DNA of 62,076 bases, the filler included, from Hydrolagus affinis (lineage: Eukaryota), in the NCBI GenBank assembly GCA_012026655.1. It is 4 parts of 4 records of this genome, joined end to end, with 100 filler letters (N's around TTAATTAATTAA, not from the genome) between each part and the next. Parts side by side here need not be neighbours in the genome. Positions count along the whole stretch, not along the records: positions 23,254 to 47,947 come from JAAILG010010318.1; positions 48,048 to 62,076 come from JAAILG010019759.1; 2 more parts are not named here. One strand, 5' to 3'. Shown here piece by piece: positions 38,150 through 49,977 of the stretch. Each line of letters starts with the position of its first letter. Positions within the stretch are counted from its first letter, which is position 1. The notes beneath the pieces were generated by a model. The model had not been told where the DNA came from. It was given only the letters and a program-made list of their open reading frames with translations, and did not search any database. Position numbers and translations under genes: made by a program.

Positions 38150-38629
38150 TCCCCTGTGTAAAGTTGACACAGCGGTAGTGTTAGTGGAGCCTCGCTGCTG
38201 GAAAGAATGAGCATTTTTGCGGCATTAAAGTACGTAGCCAACGCCCAATCCAGTACAGCCTTGGGTTCAGAGTCTCATGAGTCTCGTGTTCCCTGCGGAG
38301 CACATAGGTTGTATTGCGATGTGTTTCTAGTGGTGGCAGGTCGCCAGTGACACTATCACTTTCCTGATGAGCGAGGTTTGGAACCTGACGAGGCCAGAGA
38401 AGAACTAACTCTTGACTTTTTTTTTTCTTTCTCTCTTCTTCCCCTCGTTTTTTCAGTGCTAGATTCCTTTAAGATGCCTTTGATATACGGGATCACCAGT
38501 TCCTTGATTGTGGGAATCCTCGCCTGTGCGATTGGATGGTGTACTTCTCAGTGTTGCTGCAGGGAGGAGAAACACAGAACGAGAAGGGAGCAGCAAAAAT
38601 TAATGCAAATGCAAATGGAAATGGACTAA
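25870..38629 (+). CDS. PTGFRN: Prostaglandin F2 receptor negative regulator-like (EWI-F/CD9P-1): six V-type Ig domains plus TM; leader exon not located
   Basis: Phase-1 exons 25870-26235 ([32 protein letters not shown]), 29486-29911, 30959-31345, 31853-32290, 33672-34085, 35871-35978 plus 36864-37166 (split sixth domain), and 38457-38629 ([41 protein letters not shown]). The six-domain count and the C-terminus match PTGFRN rather than IGSF8 (4), CD101 (7) or IGSF3 (8). Confidence 0.88.
26570..27480 (+). mobile_element. L2-like LINE 3' fragment in a PTGFRN intron
   Basis: ORFs 26652-26885 and 26882-27409 ([49 protein letters not shown]). Confidence 0.85.
27246..27365. repeat. 20-bp tandem repeat (about 6 copies) within the LINE 3' UTR
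   Basis: Units of TCCCAACTCTCTCCCT(g/c)(c/a)CC. Confidence 0.85.
29220..29411. mobile_element. Tc1/mariner (pogo/Tigger-like) MITE with 19-bp TIRs and TA target duplication
   Basis: TA|CAGTAAAAGCCTGTTTATC ... GATAAACAGGCTTTTACTG|TA; a related 3' half-copy lies at about 36720-36802. Confidence 0.8.
34645..34672. repeat. (CA)n microsatellite
   Basis: Direct observation. Confidence 0.9.
37830..38145 (+). mobile_element. tRNA-derived SINE with Deu-like central domain and (TTA)n tail
   Basis: tRNA head, gctgtgcgcaattggctgcc core, tail aatgcaaggattattatt; representative of many copies in the window. Confidence 0.75.
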
Positions 38630-41600
38630 GGATCTCTTGCGCTGGAGGCAAGAGAGAAACCATCGGGTGAAGAACAGAAATTGGACTCTGCAGTTTTGAG
38701 AAGGAAAAAAAAAGGCAGATGTCAGTCAGTGATGTCTTTTTACAATTGTTACATGTGCAATGATTGTATTTTTTTATAAGGAAGCCATTCCCACTCAATT
38801 TTTTTTAATCAAATGAACAATAACTCTTTGGCAAAATGATTTAAATGTGGTTTTTATGACGATTTTGTTTCCTTTGTCTGTTAGGGTGAATGGAATCCAT
38901 GATGAACTCCCATCTAGTCCTACCAATGATTCTGAATATTTGCTGTCAATGGCCTGTAGAGAAAAAACATGAAGGACTCCCCTTCGTTGCCGTTGGTCAG
39001 CATTATCATGGTTCCAAATTATCTTGTTGGGGGAGAGGTAACGGGAGGAAACGTTGCCTGTCATAACATGGGGATTGGGTCTGTGACCGCATGCCAGCGA
39101 GACCAAAACCAAACAATTTAAAATCAAGAATCAGAATTAAACTCTTTGAGTGATTCACAGCTGTGTTGTGGTGTTGCAGAGTAAGACTGTGTACTCTTGC
39201 CTAAATTCCTCTGAATTTCCCGCTTGAAAAAAACGTCCGAAGCCATGGAACGAAACTGAACACGCAGAAAGCACTATGATGTATAGCTGTCAGACAATCT
39301 TTCATTGAGAAAGCACACAGGCCAATTGAGGAGAAAGGTTTAATCTACCTAGCTTTAAATTGATGTCTTTATATTTAAGCTTGGAAGCGGTTTGTGTAGG
39401 GTGGGTTAGGAGGAGAGGGGAGAGTTGCTAGTTTCAATTTCACAGAATAGTTCCCTGGGACTATTAGAGAGAAATAGATTGCACAGTTGTTTTTTTATTG
39501 CTTCCTTTAAGAACACATGATTTGAAAATGTATTATCAAGGGATATTGTACTGAGAGAGGCTGCACCAGTCCTGTGTGCTTCATGAAATTGGCCCAATGT
39601 GAAACTCACAGCTTTCGCTTGAACAATATATCTTCACATCAATATATATGTAATCTTAATGCAAGAATAAAAGCACACAACGGAATTAGATGCAGTATCC
39701 AACTACCAGACTAAAGAAAACTGAAGTAACTGAATGAATCGTTAACTCACTGGTCCCGGGATAGTACCAGCGTAGGTGCCTGGAGTGGAACTGATGTGGG
39801 ATCAGTACAGCCATCTATCTGTGCAGATTCATTGAAAGAGCAACAGCAGTCCTCTCCCAAGCTATTTGAGCCAAGATATGCACATTATTTTTTGAACCCT
39901 GATGTTGCCCTGGATGGCAATCCTAATGGACAATTGGGAATAGAATCCCCAGGTCGTGCCAACCTCCCAGAGGGAGGAGAAATCCAACAACATGGAAACA
40001 AGTACAATATAAATTTGTCTATCTACTAAATCTCTCTTATCTACCGTGTACAGTAAATTCTAAAGAGCGTATGTAGGTTTCTATCTGTACTACAATAGGA
40101 ACTATGTAAATATACTGCATGGGGGAGGCTCTCTGATCAGGGCTAAGGGAGTAATACTCAACCACTCAGACAGGAAGGTTGGATCCCTGGTCTCTGATGC
40201 CTCAAGTTTACAGTTGGACATCAGGTTAGGGTATATAATCAACAGGAAAAGTCACAGTGTTTCTGCCGAATTGCTATCCAGTGACCCTGAAGCCAGAAAT
40301 TCCATCTGGGCTAATCCCCGTCAGACCATTTTTTCCTAATTGTTTTAGCATTTGCAGAAAATTGTCGAATTCAAGGTTCGTTTGGAAACTGGTTCTTTTT
40401 AAAGAATTTCCAGAAAACTGGTTTCCAAAACTAAAGCTGACATCGCGAGGTTTACCCTCAGTCCTGTGCATTCTTTAAATTTTAGGACAAAAGTGGACTT
40501 ACGGGCTAAAACTAGGTGGAATTTGGGTCTTCTGGTGGGTCTCAGATGGGATGGAGCATTGACTGACATTGCCTACTGATGACTTGCCTCTGGTGGAAAT
40601 TAATAACAAAAATCTCAATGACTCCATTGTAAACTTAAAATACATTTTATTACTAGAAAGGACCATGCTCTTTTTTGAGTGTGGTAAAAGCCATGACATT
40701 GACAGAATAGGGCACTAATTAACTAAATAACTAACGCAGCAAGTGAAGAATCACAGAGAATCACTTGGAACTGGTGCCTTTCGATCACACTGTTATTTTT
40801 TACACAAACACCCCCCACACACCCCCAAGTCTTCACCAAATGATCTAGAACTGTAACCTCACAGGCACAGGGAAGTGTTAACATAAACATAGGGACAGAG
40901 AATTCCAAGATTGGTTTGGAAATCACAATGGCACGTCATCACATTTCCTTAAAATTGTATTTGCAATCTATTACTATTTCTCAATGAATTTTTGGTCCCT
41001 TGAGTCTCGGATAAACAGGTTATTTTAATGAGTGCCAGGGTTATCCTCGGCACATAGTACAGCCTGCAGTTTTCAGCACCAGCGTTCACTCAGATCAAGG
41101 CTATTGTCCACATCCAGGCTCTCGGCTTCCGATATGGACACGTCTGATAATGACATAAAAAATCCATTGGTCAGGATTATCTCCGAACTAAATGCGGAGA
41201 ATTGGATGGTGATCTGATGTGCTAAACGCTGACTGTCGCATCTTCCAGTTCCGGCCTTAAGACCGCCATTGGCACGGTTACTGACAAGAGCTGCCCTGGA
41301 AAAAGATATCAATTGAAGTGACAAAATCATATGAAAGGTTTTCAGACAAATTCTTCAGGAAACGGAAGAGAGCAGCAAATTTAAGTTTGTGGAAAGAGGA
41401 AAAGCGTTGCATGTTTTATGGATTAAATAGTCCCAACTATTCACAATATAGGACACACACCCAACCAGCCAGCGTGAATTGTCGATCAAAGAAAGCCCTA
41501 ATGATGGGACTAATGGACGATGAGATAACTTGAAATAAAGTTGAAATGGGTTCCTTGGGAGCTGAGTGGCCAGAAATGATACCGCTATGATGACACTTTC

Positions 41601-42664
41601 AAGTTTTGAGGAAGTGTTTAAACTTAAGAAATCCTTGAAAGTGCTCATTTGTCATTTCATTAATTATTTTGAGGGGAAGGCGCGGGCAGTACTAGACGTT
41701 TCTCAGAAACTGCTTCCAGCAGTTGTGAGAATCTGGTGTTTTCTATTGGGCCAGCTGCCATTAAAACCTACAGCATCGAACTGTCTGGGTGAACAAAACC
41801 GTTGCTTTGTCAATGGCTCGGGCCTGAAGCTTCCAGTGTCTGATGGATAGTCGGTGAATAACATTCGCTGGAGGGCAAATCTCTTGATCTATCTTTTGAA
41901 CCTCTCATGTTTTCCCTTTTATGATAAACCTATATGACAAAATCAAATGATCTTTCCTTTCATCTCAGGTGATACTTATTATGAACAGAGAATTTATCCC
42001 AGATTCAATGTGGTGGCTGCCAGTGTCAGCAATGATCCTGTGGCAGGGAGGATTCTGTCATACGTAGAGATAAGTAGCTACCTTGGCCAGGCTGATTTTA
42101 CAATCACTAAAAAATTCACTGGGACAAGTGCAGACTTTTTAATTGCTGCTTATCGGCTTCAGGTTCCAATAAAACAAAACTTGTTTTAAGTGGAAATTCC
42201 CAGGCTCTTGTTATTTAGAAAGAAATGTTCTGATAGGTTGGCCCCATTCGCTCGCTCTGTGTGTGTGTGCTTGCGTGCGTGCGTGTGTGTGTTTGTATGT
42301 GTGAAAATCGTTGGCTTGAGACAAGTCTGATTAGAAATGTACATTCACTTATAAAGTGCTTTACAGTGGATCCTGTGAAGTGCCCTATCAAATGGAAAGA
42401 TTCAATGGCAATAAGTGAGGAGCCAGCATTCGCTCACTATTATTATAAAGTTTTTTTTGATGGTAAGCTTACACTGGTGCTGAAGTTGTTCCCAATGTTG
42501 TCTGGGGTGGAGCGCGTTTTAATGTAACAGGTTCCTTGTCCGTGCTCCTTTGTGCGTTCTTTTAAATTAGATTTTTTTTCCCTTCTTTCCTTAACTGAAT
42601 TTGATTGCGCTATGCTTCCATGTCTGGTTGGCTCGCGAGGCCTCTGCCAATGCTGCTTGGACTC

Positions 42665-42683
42665 TGACCACTAGGAGGTGCTA
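42665..42683 (+). promoter_or_regulatory. Candidate CTCF-binding element
   Basis: TGACCACTAGGAGGTGCTA versus consensus TGRCCASYAGRKGGCRSYA; sequence match only. Confidence 0.5.
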
Positions 42684-45450
42684 GAAGAGCAACCAGACTT
42701 CCTTCCTCGCCAATCTTCACCTACAGTACTCACTGAGTAAAAGATTCTTGGGAATCTGACCTGCACTTCTCAATAGCGAGGTGTGTAGGTGAGGTTGGGA
42801 GCTGAGTGATGCAAGGCTGACTTGGAGGGGTTTTAAGTCAGGTCTGATCTCTCTCTCTGATGTCACATGTTGAGACCTGTGTTCGAATCCAGGCAGATCA
42901 GTAACACCTTGGGCAAGTTTCCTCACTCCACACACACACACGCGTAATAATAATCCTTCCAAACAAAAAAACCCACACTAATAAAATTGGTCATTTTCAA
43001 TCCACGACTGTTTGTGGGTTGGTGGGGGGGCACACTGCTGTGCGCAATTGGCTGCCGCGTTTCGCTCTCCCACAGATATACAGCCAAATCACTTTACAGT
43101 ATATTCTGCGAAGAGCTTTGAGACGTCGATAAGATGTGAAAAGCCGCGATATCAAACGCAAGGATTATTAGTATGATGTTCTTGCCCACTCTCACATTAC
43201 TGTTTGGAAGTACGATTCGGGTATTGATAGATTCAAAGCATCTTGACGACATTCCTTTGGGTTGATGGAAACGCACCTCAAAATCTTGAAATCTTGCTTG
43301 AGTTTAGTTTGAAAATGTTATTGCACAACCCAGAATTAAGTGGGAAGTAAATGAACAGTTCAAGGTTTCTTTTTTACTGAATATTATTATTGTGGCTATG
43401 TTTAAACGCCATCTTTTCTTTGTGAAATTTCACTGGTATGTTTTCCAACAAAAGTTTTAAATAAAGAATTTTGGGGAAGGAAAAAGAAACGCAAGTGAGG
43501 ATGTGAGTTTCCGACACTTTGCGACATGTTTTGTTTTAAACCCTTGTTTGGTTTATTAATTAAAATTGGTCATGTTTTTAATAATGAATTCTCTGCTGAA
43601 TGTCTTCTGAAATTTTGAATTCTTTACGTTGCACAAGGAGCTTCCTACTTGGCCACTTAATAGCACTTCATATGAATATGGCTTCAGCCAGGCCTAAGTA
43701 TGTGTTTCCAGCTCTTATTTCTGCAATTACAAGATTAAAATCCCAATATTAGTTTGGATCAAGTAAGTTTGTTCCATCTATCTGAGCTCTTACTTGAAGA
43801 ACAATTACTCTACCGTTTCCCCCATCACAGCATCAAGCTGCTTTATAGATGAGTCACTATTATTTTTCCTGGCAATTTGTTCCAGTTGTTAATTATCCTC
43901 TGCCTACAAAATACACTCGACAGTAAAAGGAATTCAGCAAAGCACTTTTGGACATCTCCAATCTCAACCGCATGACATCAAATGCACAGATTATCATTAT
44001 CACAAGATTTAGCAGATTATGAAACCAGAGGGTGAAAAAAAAATATTATGAAACACGTTCTATCCGTTCCTAGATCCTGGAATCAGTTTCAGTTCACTAG
44101 AGGCTTTGGGCATAAACATTACACTGAGGTTGGGGGGGGGCGGGGAACGGAAGGTGGGCTGACCCATATATTGGTTGTGAAGAGGTTTTCGATCACTAAT
44201 TTCGACAGCTTTTTGGTGAAGCTCAACTCGTTCATATCCTTTGCAAAACAAAAAGGCCAAACATCTTCTCCAGAATTGGGGACAAGAATCATAGTCACTC
44301 AGTTGGCCCCCACTAACCTGTGTATCTTACTCTGGAGTTGGACGAGCAAGGGTGCGATCCTACACGGAGAGAGTGTTCTTTCCGTTCCAGACAAAGAGAA
44401 TGTTCCATCGTGGGTGGTGTGCATATTTCCTGGCCGACACAATCCCTCAAGTCAAAATTGGGTCAGTCATTTCATGACTGTTTGTGGGTGGGACGTTGCT
44501 GTGTGAAATGACGTTGCTGCGTACGATTACAAATACGCTAAACGCTCCGTCGTAAATTGGGACTTCCTCCCGTCACGAAATGCTCTATCTCCAATGGAAA
44601 AGATTGTTAATCTTATAATATGCAAAACCCTCAGACTGGTTTCTTTATGTATTTTTAATGCATGCTTGAGAGTAATAAGAATAATCCTTACGCATTTGAA
44701 TTAGCGCTTTTATCATGTTTTCGAGACATTTCGAAGCACTTCACGCGGATTGACTTGAGTGTTTTGTGGGTGAAACATTGCAAACCAGTTTGCATGCAGC
44801 AATGTCCCACAAACAGCCGTGGAGCGAGTAACCAATTTAATAGGGGGAATTGTCGGCCAAGGATGGGATCCACCCCGATAATTCTTACAAATCTTGCAAT
44901 GCGGATCTTTTGTTTAAAAACATTATTTTTTTTAAAAAAAGCTTTGGAAATGCAACCATTCTGGGCGTGTTTATCCTAACGATGTAAAACAGTCAATGAC
45001 TCAGACACTTGCTTGTTGGCTTTGTGCTCTTATGGATGACTAGAATTGGTGACATTACTAGGGCTGTAGGTTTGTATAATGGCACTTTATAAAGATGGGT
45101 TTCCAAACTAACAATACTGAGGAGGTTGTATAGGTTTCATTACTTGTACTGCGTTCATATTAAACCACAATTGACTAATGCTCTTGGAACTATTCCACCT
45201 ATCATTCTGGCTGTTTTTGTTATATGTTTGGTCCATGGGGCTGATGAATGCACACTTCTGCAGCCCCAGCTTTGTCTCTTTTTCAACATGTCCTCTGGAC
45301 ATGAAAGGCGCAATATAGATTCTGTTTGTTGTTGTTGTTGTTGCTGCTTTTGCACCTAATACTTTCCAAGTAAATACGGTCTCTTCCCTGGATGCGCATT
45401 TCATTCTAGATGGATTATTAGATGCAGGTTCCATGTTTGACTGGTGTACA

Positions 45451-45750
45451 TATAATAATAATCCTTGCATTTGATATAGTGCTTTTCACATCTTCTGGAC
45501 TGTGTCTCAAAGCGCTTCACAGATTATACTGTAAAGTGAATTGTCTTGTCTGTAAGTGGGTGAATCGTGGCAGCCAATTGCGTGCAGCAGCGTCCCCACA
45601 AACAGTCATGGATTGAAATTCTGAATTTTTTTTTAGGGATTATTATTGGGTGTGCGGAGCAAGGAAACTTTCCCGAGGTTTCATCCTGCCTGTAATTGAT
45701 CCCAGGTCTCTCACTTGTTATCAGGCGAGGGCTCTAACCACTGAGCTACA
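45451..45750 (-). mobile_element. Near full-length tRNA-derived SINE
   Basis: Same family as 37830-38145, reverse orientation. Confidence 0.75.
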
Positions 45751-47947
45751 AGACTTTGTAGTACTCTCAGTCTGGTTTAGAAACTTTTGACTAAGGTTTA
45801 CGTGTGTACCAGACACCCAAATGACCAAAGTCAAGGCCCCAGACTGGTTAGCATGTCAGCTATGAGAATCTTGAGAGAATATGAGAATAAATATATGGTC
45901 AGACTACAAGAAAAGGCATCTAATTTATAGCTTTAGCATCTTGATGGACCAAAAATCTAACCATACACTTATGTGGTATCCAGGTTGTCCAGATCCGAAG
46001 ACTTTATGTAATAATTTATGTGTGATGTGCATTCCGGGAATCTGTATATACCAAACGCGGGAATTTATGACATCGGCCATCAATATCTCGTCAATTATTC
46101 ATCTATCATTTAGCCGTGGGATTTCCTGTTTCTGTTAATTTTTGAACTCGTTGATTAAACGCGTAGATGCATTTATGCAATTGGAAGAGAAGATTGGTCT
46201 GTGTTCTACTGGCTGGCCTGAGGGTTGAAAGGTTTTGGTCACTGTTACTCCATTCACAATTACAATAGTGAGGGTGGGTGGGGGGAGATCCCATTACAAA
46301 CCGATGTGCGCAACGCTGACTGGAATCTGTACTTTTTTCTGCGTCTTAATGCAAAAACCTCCACAGATGTCTTTCACGAGTCCTGTAACCGCAGCAGAAA
46401 ATCATGACCAACTTTGTCTTCTTACAAAGGTTACGTCTAATTCAAATGCCGACTGAGTGTGCGTTTTTAAGAGTTCAAACGACAAACTGGCTAGATTTGC
46501 ACCCTCCCTCCCCACCCCCCCACCCCCCCAACATCTCTTTAAATTTTTTTTACTAAATTCTTGTTATTTTTTTCTCCGCCAACAAATCGTGTTCAGCTGG
46601 TAAGAATGCTCGATGATTAGCTTGTTATTGACGAGGGGAAACTGTGGAATGCTTTGCCGAGCGTGGTGGTTGAGAGAGAATTCAAATTAGCTTCCGAGGT
46701 TGAATTAGATAGATGTCTAAAAAGGGAATCATTTGCAGATGGAGTGGAGGGGGGTGGGGGTGGGGAGAGGGTGGGAGGGGAGAGGGCGGGCAAATGGAAT
46801 GGAATGGATTGCCGTTACAAAAAGGCTGGCACAGACACGATAGCCCGTATGGCCTTGTTCAGTGCCGTGACATCCTGTGTATTTAACCCTCTGAGCATTG
46901 CCCAGGTGAAACCTTTAGCAAATTTGAGAAGTCCTCCCAACACGAAGGGCGCTGAGTCAATGTAAATTATTGCTGTTGGTCAATTATACTGTGTTGCTAT
47001 TTCAATGTCTTACTCCCTGTGCGTCCTCTCTTAATTACCCAATGCTTTCTCGACTCTCAGCTCCGCTCTCGAGTCTAACCCTACATGTGTGTGCCTTCAT
47101 TCCGAGCAAAGCAATAACTATTGCCTACACTACTAATGAACTACAGCCGTTCTTACTGCTCTACAAGGGACCCTTTTCTTTATGAATTACTGCTCTGTCT
47201 GTACTCGTAACTTATTGAATAGTACAGGCACTGTGTTTGTGGCTTAACCAGGCATGGATTCTAATGCACGTTTTGGGGGGGGGCAAATGACTTAGAATTC
47301 GTACTGTTTTCACAACTGGAGTTGGTTGGTGTCTGTTAAGTGTACGAAAGTGGACTTTCCCACTGTGGCTCAGTAATATTCTCAGCAATTCAGGCAGTGG
47401 AATCGAAGCCTTTCAGACTCACTGTCAAGCACGTGTTTGTGAGGATTTGAGGTGGTAGAGAGGTACAGTTTTGAGATGTTTAAGGTGCTTACAGCCTCCT
47501 TTGGCGGTTTTGAGGAATTGCATTTTTTTTTAAGCGCCATCTATTTCACCTTGAATCTTCCCAAAGTGAAACCTCTGTTAGCCTGAGAGAGTGACAAACA
47601 ATCTGATCCATTTCCTCCGCGAATACGGCAGTGAGACCTTCTCAAATACACAGCAATGTACACCCCACCCCCCCTGCACCCCCCTCTTGCCTACCCTGGT
47701 TTAAGCATTAATTAGGGGAATAACACAATAATTTTCTTTGCATCTGATATATCCCCCCCCCACCCCCCACCCCCATCCTGTAATGTCAGAACCAGTTTGC
47801 AGTGAATTGCTGACAAACGTAGTGACTGTGCACTGCAGTGAGTGTGATCTGCCCTGGCACCTCCTGGCCTCTCCGACCTTTCCCCATTTCCACCCTTCAC
47901 CCTTGAAGATCTTCCTCTTTGCTCACGCCTCCGGTCGTCCCGCCGGC

Positions 47948-48047
47948 NNNNNNNNNNNNNNNNNNNNNNNNNNNNNNNNNNNNNNNNNNNNTTAATTAAT
48001 TAANNNNNNNNNNNNNNNNNNNNNNNNNNNNNNNNNNNNNNNNNNNN
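47948..48047. other. Artificial 100-nt assembly spacer
   Basis: 44 N + TTAATTAATTAA + 44 N. Confidence 0.95.
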
Positions 48048-48541
48048 TTTATAATCAAATGCAAGTATTATTCATATTATTCTAATCCAATAAATGATGG
48101 TCATGAACATCGGATTAGTTTACGTATACACAAATGGAAAGAGCGTTTTTAATTTCACGCCAAGTAATATTTTGTACTAGTTCATGCACATCCTCCATCT
48201 TATAGCTCAAAATGTGGGGTTAGCACTTTTAATTAGGTTTCGAAAAGTTGTAAAATTACATTTTTCATCCATTCGAATATCTTCATTTATCTCCAGTGTT
48301 GATTCGTGCATGACTTATTTCCTCAAAGATCATTGTTATATCGAATTTTTTTTCCTTTGTTATAGTGTATTTAAATAATTCCCTACATGAAGCCATGTGA
48401 CTTGCTGTAGCCCTTGTTTTAGTGCATGCGGTCGGGAATTAATCATATGATTCCTCTGAGAGATACAGCAGCAAAGTCAAATAGGTCAACTGTCAGGAAT
48501 GACATCTGTGCTGTGATTAAACCCATTAACTCCTCTTTGTA

Positions 48542-48813
48542 GGTTTATGTACGGTGGTGTAGCCTGAAGGTAACAATGTGTGAGTGATCCCACAATAGTA
48601 TGTGGCTGCATCAGATAGAGCCGCAGCCAGCACAGTTACAGTGGATGTCTTGCTGCTCGTGTCCAAACTAGTGATGAATAGATCTTTAGATTTGAGCTTG
48701 CTTCGGATTGCTTTCCAGTCGGAACCTGTCAGAGTCAGCAGGGATGACACAGTTATACTGCAGACAATCCCCGCATTTCATTGGGACAAGCACATTGGTA
48801 ATTTAGAGCTAAG
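48542..48813 (-). pseudogene. TRAV/TRDV: Leaderless, internally deleted TCR alpha/delta-type V pseudogene with intact 23-RSS
   Basis: ..SQ*NAGIVCSITVSS-LLTLTGSDWKAIRSKLKSKDLFITSLDTSSKTSTVTV..LSDAATYYCGIT; WYRQ region absent; RSS cacattg-23-acataaacc (48542-48580). Confidence 0.75.
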
Positions 48814-48815
48814 GA

Positions 48816-49977
48816 CCTTTTTGTACGAGAACGCAATTGACTCCTATCACTGTGTAGCGCACAGAGCGAGCGAAAGCGCAGTGGTACACGGCAGCGTCAC
48901 CCAGCTGAACATCAACGATGGTTAATAAGAACCTTTTTTCAAGTTTATTCATTTGAGAGGTAAAGCGGTTCCCAACGCCCTTCACTTTGCCATTGCTGTT
49001 TGAAGCACTCCGCCACAGAACCATTTTGGGTGTTTGACTTGAGTATTGCCGGTACCAATACAAGTCATAGATCTGAGCTATCACGGAGTAGGTACAGTTA
49101 GTTTGAAATATTTGGTCCATTGTCAAGTTGACCGAGGAATAGGGTTGAGAAACTGAATCTTCACGGCTCAGGCCTGCAATAAGAATATCAAACATTGATG
49201 GTCAGTGGACGCCCTCATTTAGCAATATTGCACAGTGCCTTGTATCTTTACCTGACAACTCGAAACACTTCACACCATTCTTTATATCAAGTGTTCACTC
49301 TGTGCATTGAGCAACAATCACGGCATCCCTTTAGCACACACAGCTCTGGAAAGATTGGCGTATGGAGTATGGATATTTAACTCATATTTTGACCTGGCTG
49401 AAATGCACCCCAATTTTCTCATTTTCCAGGCGACCCTCCAAACACAGAGCTACAAGATAAAACTAATAAAAGCTATGCAATCAATGGTCAAAAATGATGA
49501 AACCTTTGTTCGTATCCAGGCAGATCACAGCGAAACCTCAGGCAGATTTAACTTGCTCCACATTCCTAAAAATAATCCGTCCAATAAAAACACAACACAA
49601 TAATAAACATTGGTCCCTTCAATCCATACTTGCTCGTGGGACACTGCTATGCGTAATTGGCTGCCGCGTTTCGCCCCCAAAAGATACAGACAAGTCACTT
49701 TACAGCATATTCTGTAAAGCGGTTTGTGACGTCGATAAGACGTGAAAAGCGCTATATCAAATGCAATTAGTATTATTATTATTATTGGTATTAGTATTAT
49801 CATTATCATCATTATCATCATTATCATCATTATCATCATTATCATCATTATCAATATTATCATCATCATCATCAGTATTATTATTATCATAGCAATGACT
49901 GAAACATAGGATATTTGCCTGAATTGATTACCTATCAATAAAGCAGCCGGCAACATCCAGATTAAAATTCCCCCCAT
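48816..49977 (-). CDS. TRAV/TRDV: TCR alpha/delta-type V segment, apparently functional (leader 49932-49977, V exon 48855-49173, 23-RSS 48816-48854)
   Basis: Leader MGGILIWMLPAALLI; V exon DSVSQP..NCTYS..LYWYRQY..RFTSQMNK..DAAVYHCAFARSVRY; RSS cacagtg-23-acaaaaagg. Pairing of this leader with this V exon is inferred. Confidence 0.88.
49765..49890. repeat. (ATT)n/(ATC)n trinucleotide microsatellite
   Basis: Direct observation at a SINE tail. Confidence 0.9.

Noticed and set aside
48581-48813. Short V resembling a VNAR / NAR-TCR domain, or a NAR-TCR tandem V arrangement
   Set aside because: The short Cys-Cys spacing is better explained by deletion of the CDR1-FR2 (WYRQ) region of an ordinary alpha/delta V. 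There is an upstream in-frame stop and no D or J segment or credible 12-RSS between the two V segments.
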